Shown: positions 9,450-18,557 of the stretch, one piece after another
Position numbering within the stretch: position 1 is the stretch's first letter
How the letters are laid out: the number at the start of each line of letters is the position of its first letter
From: Parcubacteria bacterium RAAC4_OD1_1
Lineage (GTDB): Bacteria; Patescibacteriota; Minisyncoccia; Phycocordibacterales; UBA9973
Reading direction: 5' to 3'
NCBI GenBank assembly: GCA_000505065.1
Contig: AWSN01000001.1
Location: 339,647-403,646, forward strand
DNA length: 64,000 bases
Notes under the pieces: model-generated
The model's database searches: none
What the model saw: only the letters and a program-made list of their open reading frames with translations
Told to the model about the DNA's origin: nothing
Program-made: the position numbers and the translations under genes

Positions 9450-10013
9450 TTATATCTTCCCTATCAGGTCAACTCCAGGAGTAAGCACATCTTTCCCTGG
9501 TTCCCAACTAGCAGGACAAACATTCCCATCATGCTCTCTCACAAATTTTGCTGCCTCGAGCTTCCTTATCAATTCTTTTGTACTTCGGCCAATACTATTG
9601 TCATGTATTTCTATTGTCTTTAGTACTCCGTCTGGATCTATTATAAATGTTCCCCGAAGTGAGAGTCCTTCTTTCTCAATATAAGTTCCAAAAATATTAC
9701 AAACCTCCCCTGTCGTATCGGCAAGCATTGGGTATTCTATTTTTCCTATTGCAGGTGAGCTGTCGTGCCAAGCCTTATGAGTAAATGCTGTATCTGTACT
9801 TATACTTAGTATTTCCCCTCCCAATTTTTTAACTTCCTCATAGTGACCCTGTGCATCTTCTAATTCTGTTGGACACACAAAAGTAAAATCGGCTGGATAA
9901 AATATCAAAACTACCCACTTGCCCTTATAATTAGAAAGTTTAACTTTCTTTATTTCATTTGCCTTATAAGCATCAAGCTCAAACTCAGGCACGATATCAT
10001 TAATTTTTAACAT
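9450..10013 (-). CDS. ahpC: 2-Cys peroxiredoxin (AhpC)
   Basis: FYPADFTFVCPTE and VCPASW motifs. Confidence 0.95.
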   Translation of the reverse strand: MLKINDIVPEFELDAYKANEIKKVKLSNYKGKWVVLIFYPADFTFVCPTELEDAQGHYEEVKKLGGEILSISTDTAFTHKAWHDSSPAIGKIEYPMLADTTGEVCNIFGTYIEKEGLSLRGTFIIDPDGVLKTIEIHDNSIGRSTKELIRKLEAAKFVREHDGNVCPASWEPGKDVLTPGVDLIGKI

Positions 10014-10095
10014 ATATTATATTATACTAAGAATCAATAAAAACCCAAACCAAATACTTATTCTAATAAATAAATTTGACATTATTTAAAATAAA

Positions 10096-10123
10096 TTGAC
10101 AAAAAATAGATTTAAAGTAATAT
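10096..10123 (+). promoter_or_regulatory. sigma70 promoter of the tRNA-like transcript
   Basis: TTGACA-N16-TAATAT. Confidence 0.6.
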
Positions 10124-10137
10124 CTAATTCAATAAAC

Positions 10138-10209
10138 GGATCTATAGTTCAGGGGCTAGAACACCAGATTTTAATTCTGGAAACATGAGTTCAACTCTCG
10201 TCAGATCTA
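10138..10209 (+). tRNA. tRNA-like cloverleaf with TTA anticodon (ochre-suppressor-like or altered tRNA-Glu)
   Basis: GGATCTA TA GTTC AGGGGCTA GAAC A CCAGA TTTTAAT TCTGG AAAC ATGAG TTCAACT CTCGT CAGATCT A. One A-C mismatch in the acceptor stem and no CCA. Confidence 0.7.
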
Positions 10210-10345
10210 CGGAAAGTTCTTTGTATATATAAACATATAAAAATGTGATTTTGGGAGAGGTCAACATTAAAGGGCATTCAACCGCTCGTTTGTTTATATT
10301 TGAAGAACTTAGAGCCGGTATTTGTTAAAAGTATCGGCTTTTTTC
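10210..10345 (+). ncRNA. structured trailer of the tRNA-like RNA plus intrinsic terminator
   Basis: AAGTTCTT/AAGAACTT and ATATAAACA/TGTTTATAT stems enclose two hairpins. Terminator AGCCGGTAT...GTATCGGCT-T tract. Confidence 0.5.
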
Positions 10346-10436
10346 TTTTTTATTATCTATTTAGCATCAAAACACTATAAAATATAACTTAAAAATAGTA
10401 CTGGGGTACATGGACCGTGAGTACATTTATCGAACC

Positions 10437-10703
10437 TTACAGGTTCAGTACACCTTTTTTGTTAATTAAATCAATTTTCTTTTCTCTTCTCCATCCTTTC
10501 AATTCAGTTTCTCGTTGGCGGGATTCTCTTAATGTTTCAAATTCTTCTTTATATTTCAAGATTACTGGCCTTCTTATTTTAGTATAATGTGCACCTGATT
10601 TAGAATTATTGTGTTGTTCTAATCTTCTCTCTAAATTATTAGTGGAACCAACATAAAAAGATTTATCTGCACATTCTAAGATGTAAGTAAAGAATTTATT
10701 CAT
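10437..10703 (-). CDS. small GIY-YIG nuclease (UPF0213/YazA-like)
   Basis: YILEC.D.SFYVGSTNNLERRLEQHN...GAHYT..RRP, RE..LK. Confidence 0.92.
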   Translation of the reverse strand: MNKFFTYILECADKSFYVGSTNNLERRLEQHNNSKSGAHYTKIRRPVILKYKEEFETLRESRQRETELKGWRREKKIDLINKKGVLNL

Positions 10704-10888
10704 AAAATGATTTCCTTCGCTTATTAAAGCTCAGGACCTTCGTCTCTATAATTCGGGTCGAAGACCCTGAGGAGACTAGCAAGGCGACGAAGGGCTGAGC
10801 GTCACGAGTTAGAACTTTTCAATTCCTTATCCCGTAATGCTATTTTAACTAATTTTATTATATTAAAACGACGTATCAAGAGCGACTA

Positions 10889-11275
10889 TTATTTTTTATT
10901 TCTATGCTCTTTTTTTATTTTCCAATAAATACTCTTTGAATCTGAATCAACTTTTTTATCTCTGTTTTTAAATAGATGTGCTGGATATTTTTGTTTTACT
11001 TTTTTTAATTTACTTAAAAATATTTTTCCCATATCAAAATTTAATAGAACACCCATATTGAAACAATATATTAATACATCAGCTAGTTCTTCTTTTATTT
11101 CTTCAATTTTTTCTTTATCTTTTTTAACTTCATCAAGTTCTTGATTTGTCCATTGGAATATTTCCAGTAACTCAGATGATTCTATTGATATAGATTTTGC
11201 AATATCTACTGGGCGTAAATTATCCCAATCTCGTTCTTTTAAATATTTTTTAACTTCATTTTCATATTTTTTCAT
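10889..11275 (-). CDS. MazG-like nucleotide pyrophosphohydrolase
   Basis: ERDW, SISIESSELLEIFQW, EELADV, KYP. Confidence 0.9.
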   Translation of the reverse strand: MKKYENEVKKYLKERDWDNLRPVDIAKSISIESSELLEIFQWTNQELDEVKKDKEKIEEIKEELADVLIYCFNMGVLLNFDMGKIFLSKLKKVKQKYPAHLFKNRDKKVDSDSKSIYWKIKKEHRNKK

Positions 11276-11348
11276 AGTTCAATTATATCGCTAAACAACA
11301 TAAATTAATAGATACAACGTATCTCGAGCGTAATAACCTCGCTCTTGC

Positions 11349-11422
11349 TGGCTGGGGTACATGGATTCGAACCACGATTAAAGGCTTCAAAGGCCTCTGT
11401 CCTACCATTAGACGATACCCCA
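11349..11422 (-). tRNA. tRNA-Gln(TTG)
   Basis: TGGGGTATCGTCTAATGGTAGGACAGAGGCCTTTGAAGCCTTTAATCGTGGTTCGAATCCATGTACCCCAGCCA. Confidence 0.96.
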
Positions 11423-11502
11423 ATATAAAACAATATAAGGATACAATAAAAATGGTTATTTTTCAACTCGCACCAAGAATATCCTTTTGATATAATGAAT
11501 TT

Positions 11503-11820
11503 ATGAGTATAGATAAAACAATGAATCAATTATTAGATATATTTGATTTTTTTAATCAAAAAAATGATAGTGAGGAGATCGAGGTAAACAAGAAATTTAT
11601 ATATAATAATAAATCCAATACTCTTAAGGTGATAATACCTCCACGTGGTGAAGGTCATCTTTTTGTTACAGACTATCTAATCAAAAGATTAAATAAAAAT
11701 AAATATTCGTGTTTATCTTATTATTTTGATGGTGAATTACTCAAAGAAAGCACAGAGAAAACTTTAGAAAATTTTAGAAAAATAATAATTACCACTTTTA
11801 AAAGGATATTTCTAGTCTAA
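11503..11820 (+). CDS. hypothetical protein, possibly a truncated fragment
   Basis: 105-aa ORF preceded by TGATATAAT. No clear motif. Confidence 0.45.
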   Translation: MSIDKTMNQLLDIFDFFNQKNDSEEIEVNKKFIYNNKSNTLKVIIPPRGEGHLFVTDYLIKRLNKNKYSCLSYYFDGELLKESTEKTLENFRKIIITTFKRIFLV

Positions 11821-11847
11821 TATTTAATTTCTTGGTATAATATATTT

Positions 11848-12861
11848 ATGCAAACAACACAAACAGAAAGACATTTTATATTTACATTATTAATAATTGT
11901 TCTTATTTTAACAGTAGCCATACTCTTCCCATTCCTGACTGTCATTATTTTATCTGCAGCTTTTGCTGTAGTACTTTCTCCACTTTATAAATGGATTAAA
12001 AAATACATTACAAGGGGAATCTCTTGGCTTGCATCACTTCTTACTATTCTCATATTTTTAATAGGTCTTTGCGTGCCACTTTTCTTTGTCGGCAAAGCAG
12101 TCTTCATCCAGTCTGAAGAAGCATATTACTCTATAGTTGCTGATGGAAGTGCTGACAAATTTATAAATTCTCTAGACAGTTCAATAAACAATTTACTCCC
12201 GGAAGGAATTTATTTTGACACTGGGACAAAAGTTATGAATTTTGTGGGTTCACTATCTGACAATATTGCCTCTATATTTTCTTCAACATTCAATTCCATT
12301 ATAATGTTCACAATTATGATATTCGCCTTATTCTATATTTTAAAAGATGGAGAAGTTTGGAAGAAAGGAGTTATATCGATACTCCCACTTTCTAATGAAA
12401 ACTCTCACAAAATATTAGCAAGCTTATCAGGCTCAATAAATAGAGTATTGAAAGGATCTTTTGTTATTGCTATTGCTCAAGGATTACTTGCTTGGATTGG
12501 ATTTACAATTTTTGGAGTTCCCAATGCTGCGATCTGGGCAGTTATAGCAGGAATAGCATCTTTTATCCCTACATTTGGGACATCGATAGTTTCTATCCCT
12601 GCTATGATCTACCTATTTGCAACAGGAATGCAGATACAAGCCCTTGGTCTTTTATTGTGGTCACTTCTTCTTATAGGAACAATAGACAACATTCTTGCTC
12701 CTTATATTATCTCCAAAAATACAGAAATCCCTTCACTCTTTATATTATTTTCAATCCTAGGTGGTATATCACTTATGGGCCCAGTAGGCATACTTATTGG
12801 ACCGCTTGTAATAGGACTACTTTATAGTTTAGTTTCAATATATAAGACAGAATTAAAATAA
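11848..12861 (+). CDS. AI-2E family transporter
   Basis: Multi-TM; IPTFG, IDNIL.P, GG...GPVGILIGP. Confidence 0.9.
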   Translation: MQTTQTERHFIFTLLIIVLILTVAILFPFLTVIILSAAFAVVLSPLYKWIKKYITRGISWLASLLTILIFLIGLCVPLFFVGKAVFIQSEEAYYSIVADGSADKFINSLDSSINNLLPEGIYFDTGTKVMNFVGSLSDNIASIFSSTFNSIIMFTIMIFALFYILKDGEVWKKGVISILPLSNENSHKILASLSGSINRVLKGSFVIAIAQGLLAWIGFTIFGVPNAAIWAVIAGIASFIPTFGTSIVSIPAMIYLFATGMQIQALGLLLWSLLLIGTIDNILAPYIISKNTEIPSLFILFSILGGISLMGPVGILIGPLVIGLLYSLVSIYKTELK

Positions 12862-12911
12862 TATAACAATAAAATTCCCACAGCTTCAATCTGTGGGAAT
12901 TTTAAATTTAT

Positions 12912-14159
12912 TTAACAAAACTTTCCTGCTATATACCCTGTCGTCCAGCAAATTTGAAGACTATACCCTCCTGAATTTCTGTTCATATCAAGTAGATCCC
13001 CAGTCACGTACAGATTATTAATTATTTTCGATCTCATTGTTTTCATATCTATTTCTTTCATATCCACTCCTCCATCTGCAACTACCGCTCTGTCATACCC
13101 CATAGTTCCAGAGATATATATAGGTAATCCTTTAATGAGCTTAGAAATTTGTTTTCTCTCTTCTTTGGTTATACTATGCACTTTTTTATTTAAATCCACA
13201 AAATTAAAAAGCTCTATAATCCCCTTTGCAATACCATCTGGAACAATTTCTTTAAAAATATTTTTAAATGTTTTATTTTTATTGTTATTAAAAACTTTTA
13301 TCAAATTCATCTCTATTGATTTGATATCAGTATCAGGGTAAAGATCAATAAAAGCTTTCACTTCTCCACTATGAAGTAATTCTTTAACTTTTTTTGCACT
13401 ATTTAAAATAAGTGGACCGGAAAGTCCAAAATGAGTAAACAAAATTTTACCAGTCTTTGAAAATTGCTTCTTTTCGTCTAGATAAAAAGTAATTTTCATA
13501 AAAGAAAGAGATACTCCAGCAAGTGAGTGAACCCAAGAGTCTGGTACCGCAAGTGGTACGACATCTGGGCTAGGTTCGGTAACCTTATGCCCCAAATTTT
13601 TTAAAAAAACAAGTCCATCTCCTGTTGATCCAGTTTCAGGATGTGAAAGTCCACCAGTTGAAAGAATAAAAGATTTGGCATAAAAGTCTCCCTGATTAGT
13701 CTTAACATATTTTATTTCACCTTTTTCTTTTTCAAAACCTAAAACCCTACAATTTGTTTTTATAAATACTTTATTATCCAAAATCTCTTTATTTAAAATA
13801 TTAAAAACATCAAGTGCTTTTTGACTTTCTGGAAAGACTCTATATCTTGCTTCAATTACAAGTGGAAGTCCTCGACTTTCAAAATAAGTAAATGTATCCT
13901 TTACTCCAAAAATAGAAAAAGGTGTGTAAAGAAAATCTTTCCCTTTTCCATATATTTCTAAAAATTTATGGATATCTGGCTCTGCATTAGTGATATTGCA
14001 TCTTCCCCCACCAGTAATTTTAAGTTTCTCTCCTAAATTTTTATTCTTTTCTAAAAGGAGTACTGACTTGCCCAAAGAAGAAGCGACAGAAGAAGCCATC
14101 ATCCCTGATGCTCCACCTCCTATTATCACCACATCCCAAATTTTATTTTGCTTATACAT
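12912..14159 (-). CDS. HI0933/YhiN family flavoprotein
   Basis: GGGASG, KLKITGGGRCNITN, TGSTGDG, FTHFGLSGP, GGYSLQ. Confidence 0.93.
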   Translation of the reverse strand: MYKQNKIWDVVIIGGGASGMMASSVASSLGKSVLLLEKNKNLGEKLKITGGGRCNITNAEPDIHKFLEIYGKGKDFLYTPFSIFGVKDTFTYFESRGLPLVIEARYRVFPESQKALDVFNILNKEILDNKVFIKTNCRVLGFEKEKGEIKYVKTNQGDFYAKSFILSTGGLSHPETGSTGDGLVFLKNLGHKVTEPSPDVVPLAVPDSWVHSLAGVSLSFMKITFYLDEKKQFSKTGKILFTHFGLSGPLILNSAKKVKELLHSGEVKAFIDLYPDTDIKSIEMNLIKVFNNNKNKTFKNIFKEIVPDGIAKGIIELFNFVDLNKKVHSITKEERKQISKLIKGLPIYISGTMGYDRAVVADGGVDMKEIDMKTMRSKIINNLYVTGDLLDMNRNSGGYSLQICWTTGYIAGKFC

Positions 14160-14180
14160 AGATTACATTATAAAAGAAAA

Positions 14181-15233
14181 TTATTTTCCTTCATTTATAA
14201 TCTTGATTAGAGCAAGCTCAAGAGGTAAAGAAGTTATAAATGAATTTTTTAAATTACCATATGATTCAAGGAGAATATAAAGTGTATGTGATGATATTTT
14301 TTCTGGTTTAGATGAAACAAGTGATGATATATAATTTATATCATTTAAAGAGAGAGTTTTATTTAAATCATTTTTCATAGTGGGCACATAGCGAAGCATA
14401 AGTGAAAAACGAAGCTTGGAAAGTATCATCTTTAGATAAATTTCCATATCTATATTTTCTTCATTTGCTTTCTTTATAGAAAGTAAACCTTTTTCTAAAT
14501 CATTCTCTGCTATAGCATCAAGAAAACCATTCACTAGGTCTTCTTTGGGTGAACCCGTCACATCTTCGATTTCTTTTATTTTTATTTTTTTATCTTTCGA
14601 AAAAGAAATAACTTTTTGCAAAGTCCCAAGTGCATCTCTAAAAGCTCCATCTGCAAGTAGAGCAATGAGATCTGCCCCACCTTCTTCGAGTGTGTATCCT
14701 TCTTTTTCCGCGACATTTTCTATTACCTGTGCAAGCACAGCATCAGTCGGCTTTTTAAATATAAAAGTCTGACAACGAGATATTATTGTCTCAGGGACTT
14801 TCTCAAGCTCAGTAGTTGCAAGTATAAAAATTACATGCTTGGGTGGCTCCTCGATAGTCTTAAGCAGTGCATTCCAAGCATCTTTGGTAAACATATGCAC
14901 TTCATCTAAAATATAAATTTTATATTTAGAATCAAATGGCATAGTATTCACACTCTCTCTGATATTTCTTACATCATCAATACCCCTGTTTGAAGCTGCA
15001 TCAAGCTCATAGATATCATTCACAGAGGAACCCAATTCAGAAGCAATAATGCGAGCAATGGTCGTCTTTCCTGTACCACGTGGACCACAAAGTAAATACG
15101 CATGAGAAACCTTCCCTGCTTCTATTGCTCCCCCAATAGCTTTTACTATATGGTCTTGACCAATAACCTCCTCCCAGTTCTCTGGCCTGTATTTACGATA
15201 TAAAGCAATATTTGAATTTTTATCTAGTTTCAT
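14181..15233 (-). CDS. dnaX: DNA polymerase III subunit gamma/tau (short form)
   Basis: LYRKYRP, GPRGTGKTT, DAASNRG, DEVHM, SRCQ. Confidence 0.96.
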   Translation of the reverse strand: MKLDKNSNIALYRKYRPENWEEVIGQDHIVKAIGGAIEAGKVSHAYLLCGPRGTGKTTIARIIASELGSSVNDIYELDAASNRGIDDVRNIRESVNTMPFDSKYKIYILDEVHMFTKDAWNALLKTIEEPPKHVIFILATTELEKVPETIISRCQTFIFKKPTDAVLAQVIENVAEKEGYTLEEGGADLIALLADGAFRDALGTLQKVISFSKDKKIKIKEIEDVTGSPKEDLVNGFLDAIAENDLEKGLLSIKKANEENIDMEIYLKMILSKLRFSLMLRYVPTMKNDLNKTLSLNDINYISSLVSSKPEKISSHTLYILLESYGNLKNSFITSLPLELALIKIINEGK

Positions 15234-15256
15234 GAAATGATTATACCATTTACTTT

Positions 15257-16351
15257 TTATTTTGTCTTTTTTAAATATTCTTTCACAATTTTCTCTACTT
15301 CTTTTGCATTTTTGGTATTCATTAGTTTTATGCGAAGATCCTTAGCTCCATCCCATCCATTCACATACGCTTTATAATGCTTTTTCATAATATTAAAACT
15401 TTTTACTTTTCCTAGCATCTTCTCAAAAAGTTTTGTGTGTTCTACTAAAATTTTTAATCTTTCTTTTAGCGAAGGGATATGTTCTGAAAAGCCTTGCGCA
15501 GGGCGACTGGCCCGAGCAGAGAAATTTTTCACCAGAAAAATATTCGTGCTTTTCGGAATATATCCCAAGCGAAAAGAATCTAACCCAGCAAAAAACCACG
15601 GCTTGCCGAAAATACCCCTTCCCACCATTATCCCATCACATCCAGTTTTTTTCCATTTATTTATTCCATCTTCAAGACTTTCTACATCTCCATTACCAAT
15701 TATTTTCGTTTTCAATCCCATTTTATTTCTTATATCCACTACTTCTTTTATATGCTCCCAACGAGCTGGAACGAGGGACATTTCTTTTCTTGTTCTCGCG
15801 TGTATAGTAAGAGCATCTATGTCTTGAGAAAGAAGAAATGGTATCCATTCATTTATTTCATTTTTATTATATCCAATACGAGTTTTCACAGATATAGAGA
15901 TTTTCCTTGCCCGCCCTTTGGAATAGGGTTCTGCACTTGCATCTTTTATCCCATCTTTCACAGCTTGTATTATTTCTCCTGCAAGCTTAGGATTCTTCAT
16001 TAAGGATGCTCCTGCACCCTGCTTCTCTACTTTCTTATCAGGGCAACCCATATTGATATCTATGCCATCAAAACCAAGTGAGGCTACATATTTCGATGCT
16101 TCTCTCATTTTTTTAGGATTTGAAGAAAAAAGTTGTGCCACTATTGGCTTTTCTTTTTTATTAAATTTCAAATCTATTTCTAGTGCTTTTCTTCCTTCTT
16201 TATTTGAAAGTCCATCAGCAGAAACAAACTCTGTCCACATAACATCCGGCTTACCATATTTTACAAACATAGAGCGAAAAGAAGCATCTGTGACATCTGC
16301 CATCGGTGCAATACAAAAAAATGGTTTTTTTAATTTATTCCAAAAATTCAT
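15257..16351 (-). CDS. dus: tRNA-dihydrouridine synthase (two in-frame repeat insertions)
   Basis: APMADVTD, DINMGCP, HART, GNGD, GRG. Confidence 0.94.
   Translation of the reverse strand: MNFWNKLKKPFFCIAPMADVTDASFRSMFVKYGKPDVMWTEFVSADGLSNKEGRKALEIDLKFNKKEKPIVAQLFSSNPKKMREASKYVASLGFDGIDINMGCPDKKVEKQGAGASLMKNPKLAGEIIQAVKDGIKDASAEPYSKGRARKISISVKTRIGYNKNEINEWIPFLLSQDIDALTIHARTRKEMSLVPARWEHIKEVVDIRNKMGLKTKIIGNGDVESLEDGINKWKKTGCDGIMVGRGIFGKPWFFAGLDSFRLGYIPKSTNIFLVKNFSARASRPAQGFSEHIPSLKERLKILVEHTKLFEKMLGKVKSFNIMKKHYKAYVNGWDGAKDLRIKLMNTKNAKEVEKIVKEYLKKTK
15475..15566 (+). repeat. family A repeat inserted in-frame in dus
   Basis: GCCTTGCGCAGG...CCGAGCAGAGAAATTTTTCACCAGAAAAATATTCGTGC core with outer IR GGGATATGTTCTGAAAAGC/GCTTTTCGGAATATATCCC. 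Encodes GYIPKSTNIFLVKNFSARASRPAQGFSEHIP. Confidence 0.8.
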
Positions 16352-16353
16352 AA

Positions 16354-17217
16354 TTATTTTTCAAATTTATATAAAATCTTATTTTTAAAACGAAGATCAA
16401 GATAAAGAAGCTTATTATAACCAGACTCCAATTCATTTTTAAATTCTTTCTCCCTTAAAGATACAGAAAAATCATTAATTAAAGATTCTAAATCTTCATT
16501 GGTCTTAAATATAATTTTAGGCTCAGTTGCAATGTTTCTATGCTCTAAATATAAGTGTCCTGTATTATCACTATCTATAATCAAATATATAGGCTCAAAT
16601 CCAAGATGTTTTATGCCATTTATAAACCTAGTCATTTGAATAAAATACTCACCATCAAAAAGATTTGATCCTAAAATATTTTGGGAATCTAACTTTAAAT
16701 AATATTTAAAATAAATATTACCAGAATAATAAGGGGCCTTATCAAAAATATACCCGGCATCATTTATAAAATAACAATTCTCCCCTACATCTTTCTTTTC
16801 TTCTGGAACAATTTCTCCACAATAAAGATAAACTCCGACTCTTTCTTTAATATTTATTTTTAATTTATTAAATCCATCTTTACTAATTTCCAAAGTCTCT
16901 ATTCTTGGAAAATTAAAAATAAGTCCATTGTAAATTTCTTTTTTGGGATAAATAAAATTATTTGCTCTTGAAAATAAATAAAGATAATTGCCTGATAATT
17001 TTTGATTTATAAAATATTTTAAATCATCTTCATCTATTACGTTTACCCCATTCACCTCTATCTCTCCCAAAATAAGTTTCTTGTGATGAGAAAAAAAGGA
17101 TAAAGCAAAAATCATTGAGACAATTAAAAAAAAGAAAAGTAAAGACACCCTAATTCGGTATTTTTTTCTTTTTTTTTGTTCTTCTATTAACCTTCCGGAA
17201 ATAGGTAAATCTCTCAT
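16354..17217 (-). CDS. FtsQ/DivIB-like cell division protein
   Basis: Basic N-terminus, single TM, POTRA-like region ending IKER, C-terminal YLDLRF. Confidence 0.75.
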   Translation of the reverse strand: MRDLPISGRLIEEQKKRKKYRIRVSLLFFFLIVSMIFALSFFSHHKKLILGEIEVNGVNVIDEDDLKYFINQKLSGNYLYLFSRANNFIYPKKEIYNGLIFNFPRIETLEISKDGFNKLKINIKERVGVYLYCGEIVPEEKKDVGENCYFINDAGYIFDKAPYYSGNIYFKYYLKLDSQNILGSNLFDGEYFIQMTRFINGIKHLGFEPIYLIIDSDNTGHLYLEHRNIATEPKIIFKTNEDLESLINDFSVSLREKEFKNELESGYNKLLYLDLRFKNKILYKFEK

Positions 17218-17223
17218 TCTAAT

Positions 17224-18489
17224 TTATGAAATAAATTCTTTATCATTAAAATACTTTCTCAAAACTTCTGGGATTTTTATCGTGCCATCTATTTGCTGGA
17301 AATTTTCTACAAGCGAAACCAATATGCGAGGAGTGGGAATCGCGGTACTATTTAATGAGTGTGCATAACGAAGCTTTCCATCTTCATCTCTATATCTGAT
17401 ATTAAATCTTCTAGTCTGAAAATCATGAAAATAAGAAGCAGATGATATCTCACGATATTTTTCTTCTTTTGGAACCCAAAGCTCTATATCGTATTTCTTC
17501 ACTTGTCCAAGACCAAGGTCTCCTCCGCAATTGATTACAGTGTGATAAGGTATACCGAGTGACTCGATAAATTTTTCTGTATTCCTATTTATTTCTTCAT
17601 GAAAATTTACAGATGTTTGATGATTTGCTTCACAAAGTATGACTTGTTCAAATTTATAAAATTCATGGACACGAATAAGACCTTTTACGTCCTTACTATG
17701 ACTTCCTGCTTCACGTCTAAAACAAGGAGAAAATCCAAGATACTTTATAGGAAAATCTTTCATATCTAAAATCTCATCAGAATGAAATCCCATAAGTGGA
17801 ACCTCAGCGGTGCCCGCTAGAGCATCTCCATCTTGAGTCATATAATAATCTTCTACATCTCCTGGGAGATGCCCCGTCCCATAAAGATTTTGCTTACGTA
17901 TAATAACTGGAGGAATAATAGGCGTAAATCCTTTATCACCAAAAAAGTCCATTGCGTAATTCCAAATGGCAAAACAAAGTCTCGCTCCTTCTCCTGTCAA
18001 AAAATAACCTCTAAATCCATGAACTTTTGCTCCTCTTTCAAAATCAACCATTTTAAGTTTAGTCATTAACTCAATATGATCTTTTGGTTCAAAATCGAAT
18101 TTTGTTAACTCTCCCCATTTTTTTATTTCTTGATTTTCTGCATCACTATCACCATCAGGAACTGACATATCAGGAATGTTTGGGACTTGAAGCATAAGAG
18201 CCTGCCAATCTTGCATTATTACTTTTAATTCTTCTTCTTTTTTACCCAAATCTTCCTTAAGCATTTTCATTTCATTTATCATTTGGGAACGAGCATTCAT
18301 ATCCTTTTCTATAGCGATAGATGTATTCATTTTATTTTGCTCTCCTCTTAAAGCTTCCACTTCTCCCAAAAGTGATATCCTCTTTTCATCAATATTTATA
18401 AGATCATCCACATTAAAAGAACTATGTTTCTTCTCTGAAGCCATTTTAACCAAATCCTTATTTTCTTTTATAAATTTGATGTCTAACAT
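17224..18489 (-). CDS. serS: serine--tRNA ligase
   Basis: MLDIKFI, GTAEV, FRREAG, RVHEF, EISSAS. Confidence 0.97.
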   Translation of the reverse strand: MLDIKFIKENKDLVKMASEKKHSSFNVDDLINIDEKRISLLGEVEALRGEQNKMNTSIAIEKDMNARSQMINEMKMLKEDLGKKEEELKVIMQDWQALMLQVPNIPDMSVPDGDSDAENQEIKKWGELTKFDFEPKDHIELMTKLKMVDFERGAKVHGFRGYFLTGEGARLCFAIWNYAMDFFGDKGFTPIIPPVIIRKQNLYGTGHLPGDVEDYYMTQDGDALAGTAEVPLMGFHSDEILDMKDFPIKYLGFSPCFRREAGSHSKDVKGLIRVHEFYKFEQVILCEANHQTSVNFHEEINRNTEKFIESLGIPYHTVINCGGDLGLGQVKKYDIELWVPKEEKYREISSASYFHDFQTRRFNIRYRDEDGKLRYAHSLNSTAIPTPRILVSLVENFQQIDGTIKIPEVLRKYFNDKEFIS

Positions 18490-18557
18490 ATAGATTTTAT
18501 TATACTACTTTCATATATTTTTTCAAAATAGATAAAATAAGTGGTATAATAGATGGG

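Larger units (their letters stand above)
10401..11365 (-). mobile_element. mini-island at tRNA-Gln 3' end
   Basis: 14-bp direct repeat CTGGGGTACATGGA at 10401-10414 and 11352-11365 (tRNA 3' end) encloses the GIY-YIG and MazG-like genes. Confidence 0.6.

Noticed and set aside
10138-10209. Genome-wide stop-codon reassignment
   Set aside because: Conserved genes end normally at TAA/TAG and are full-length under code 11, with Trp encoded by TGG.
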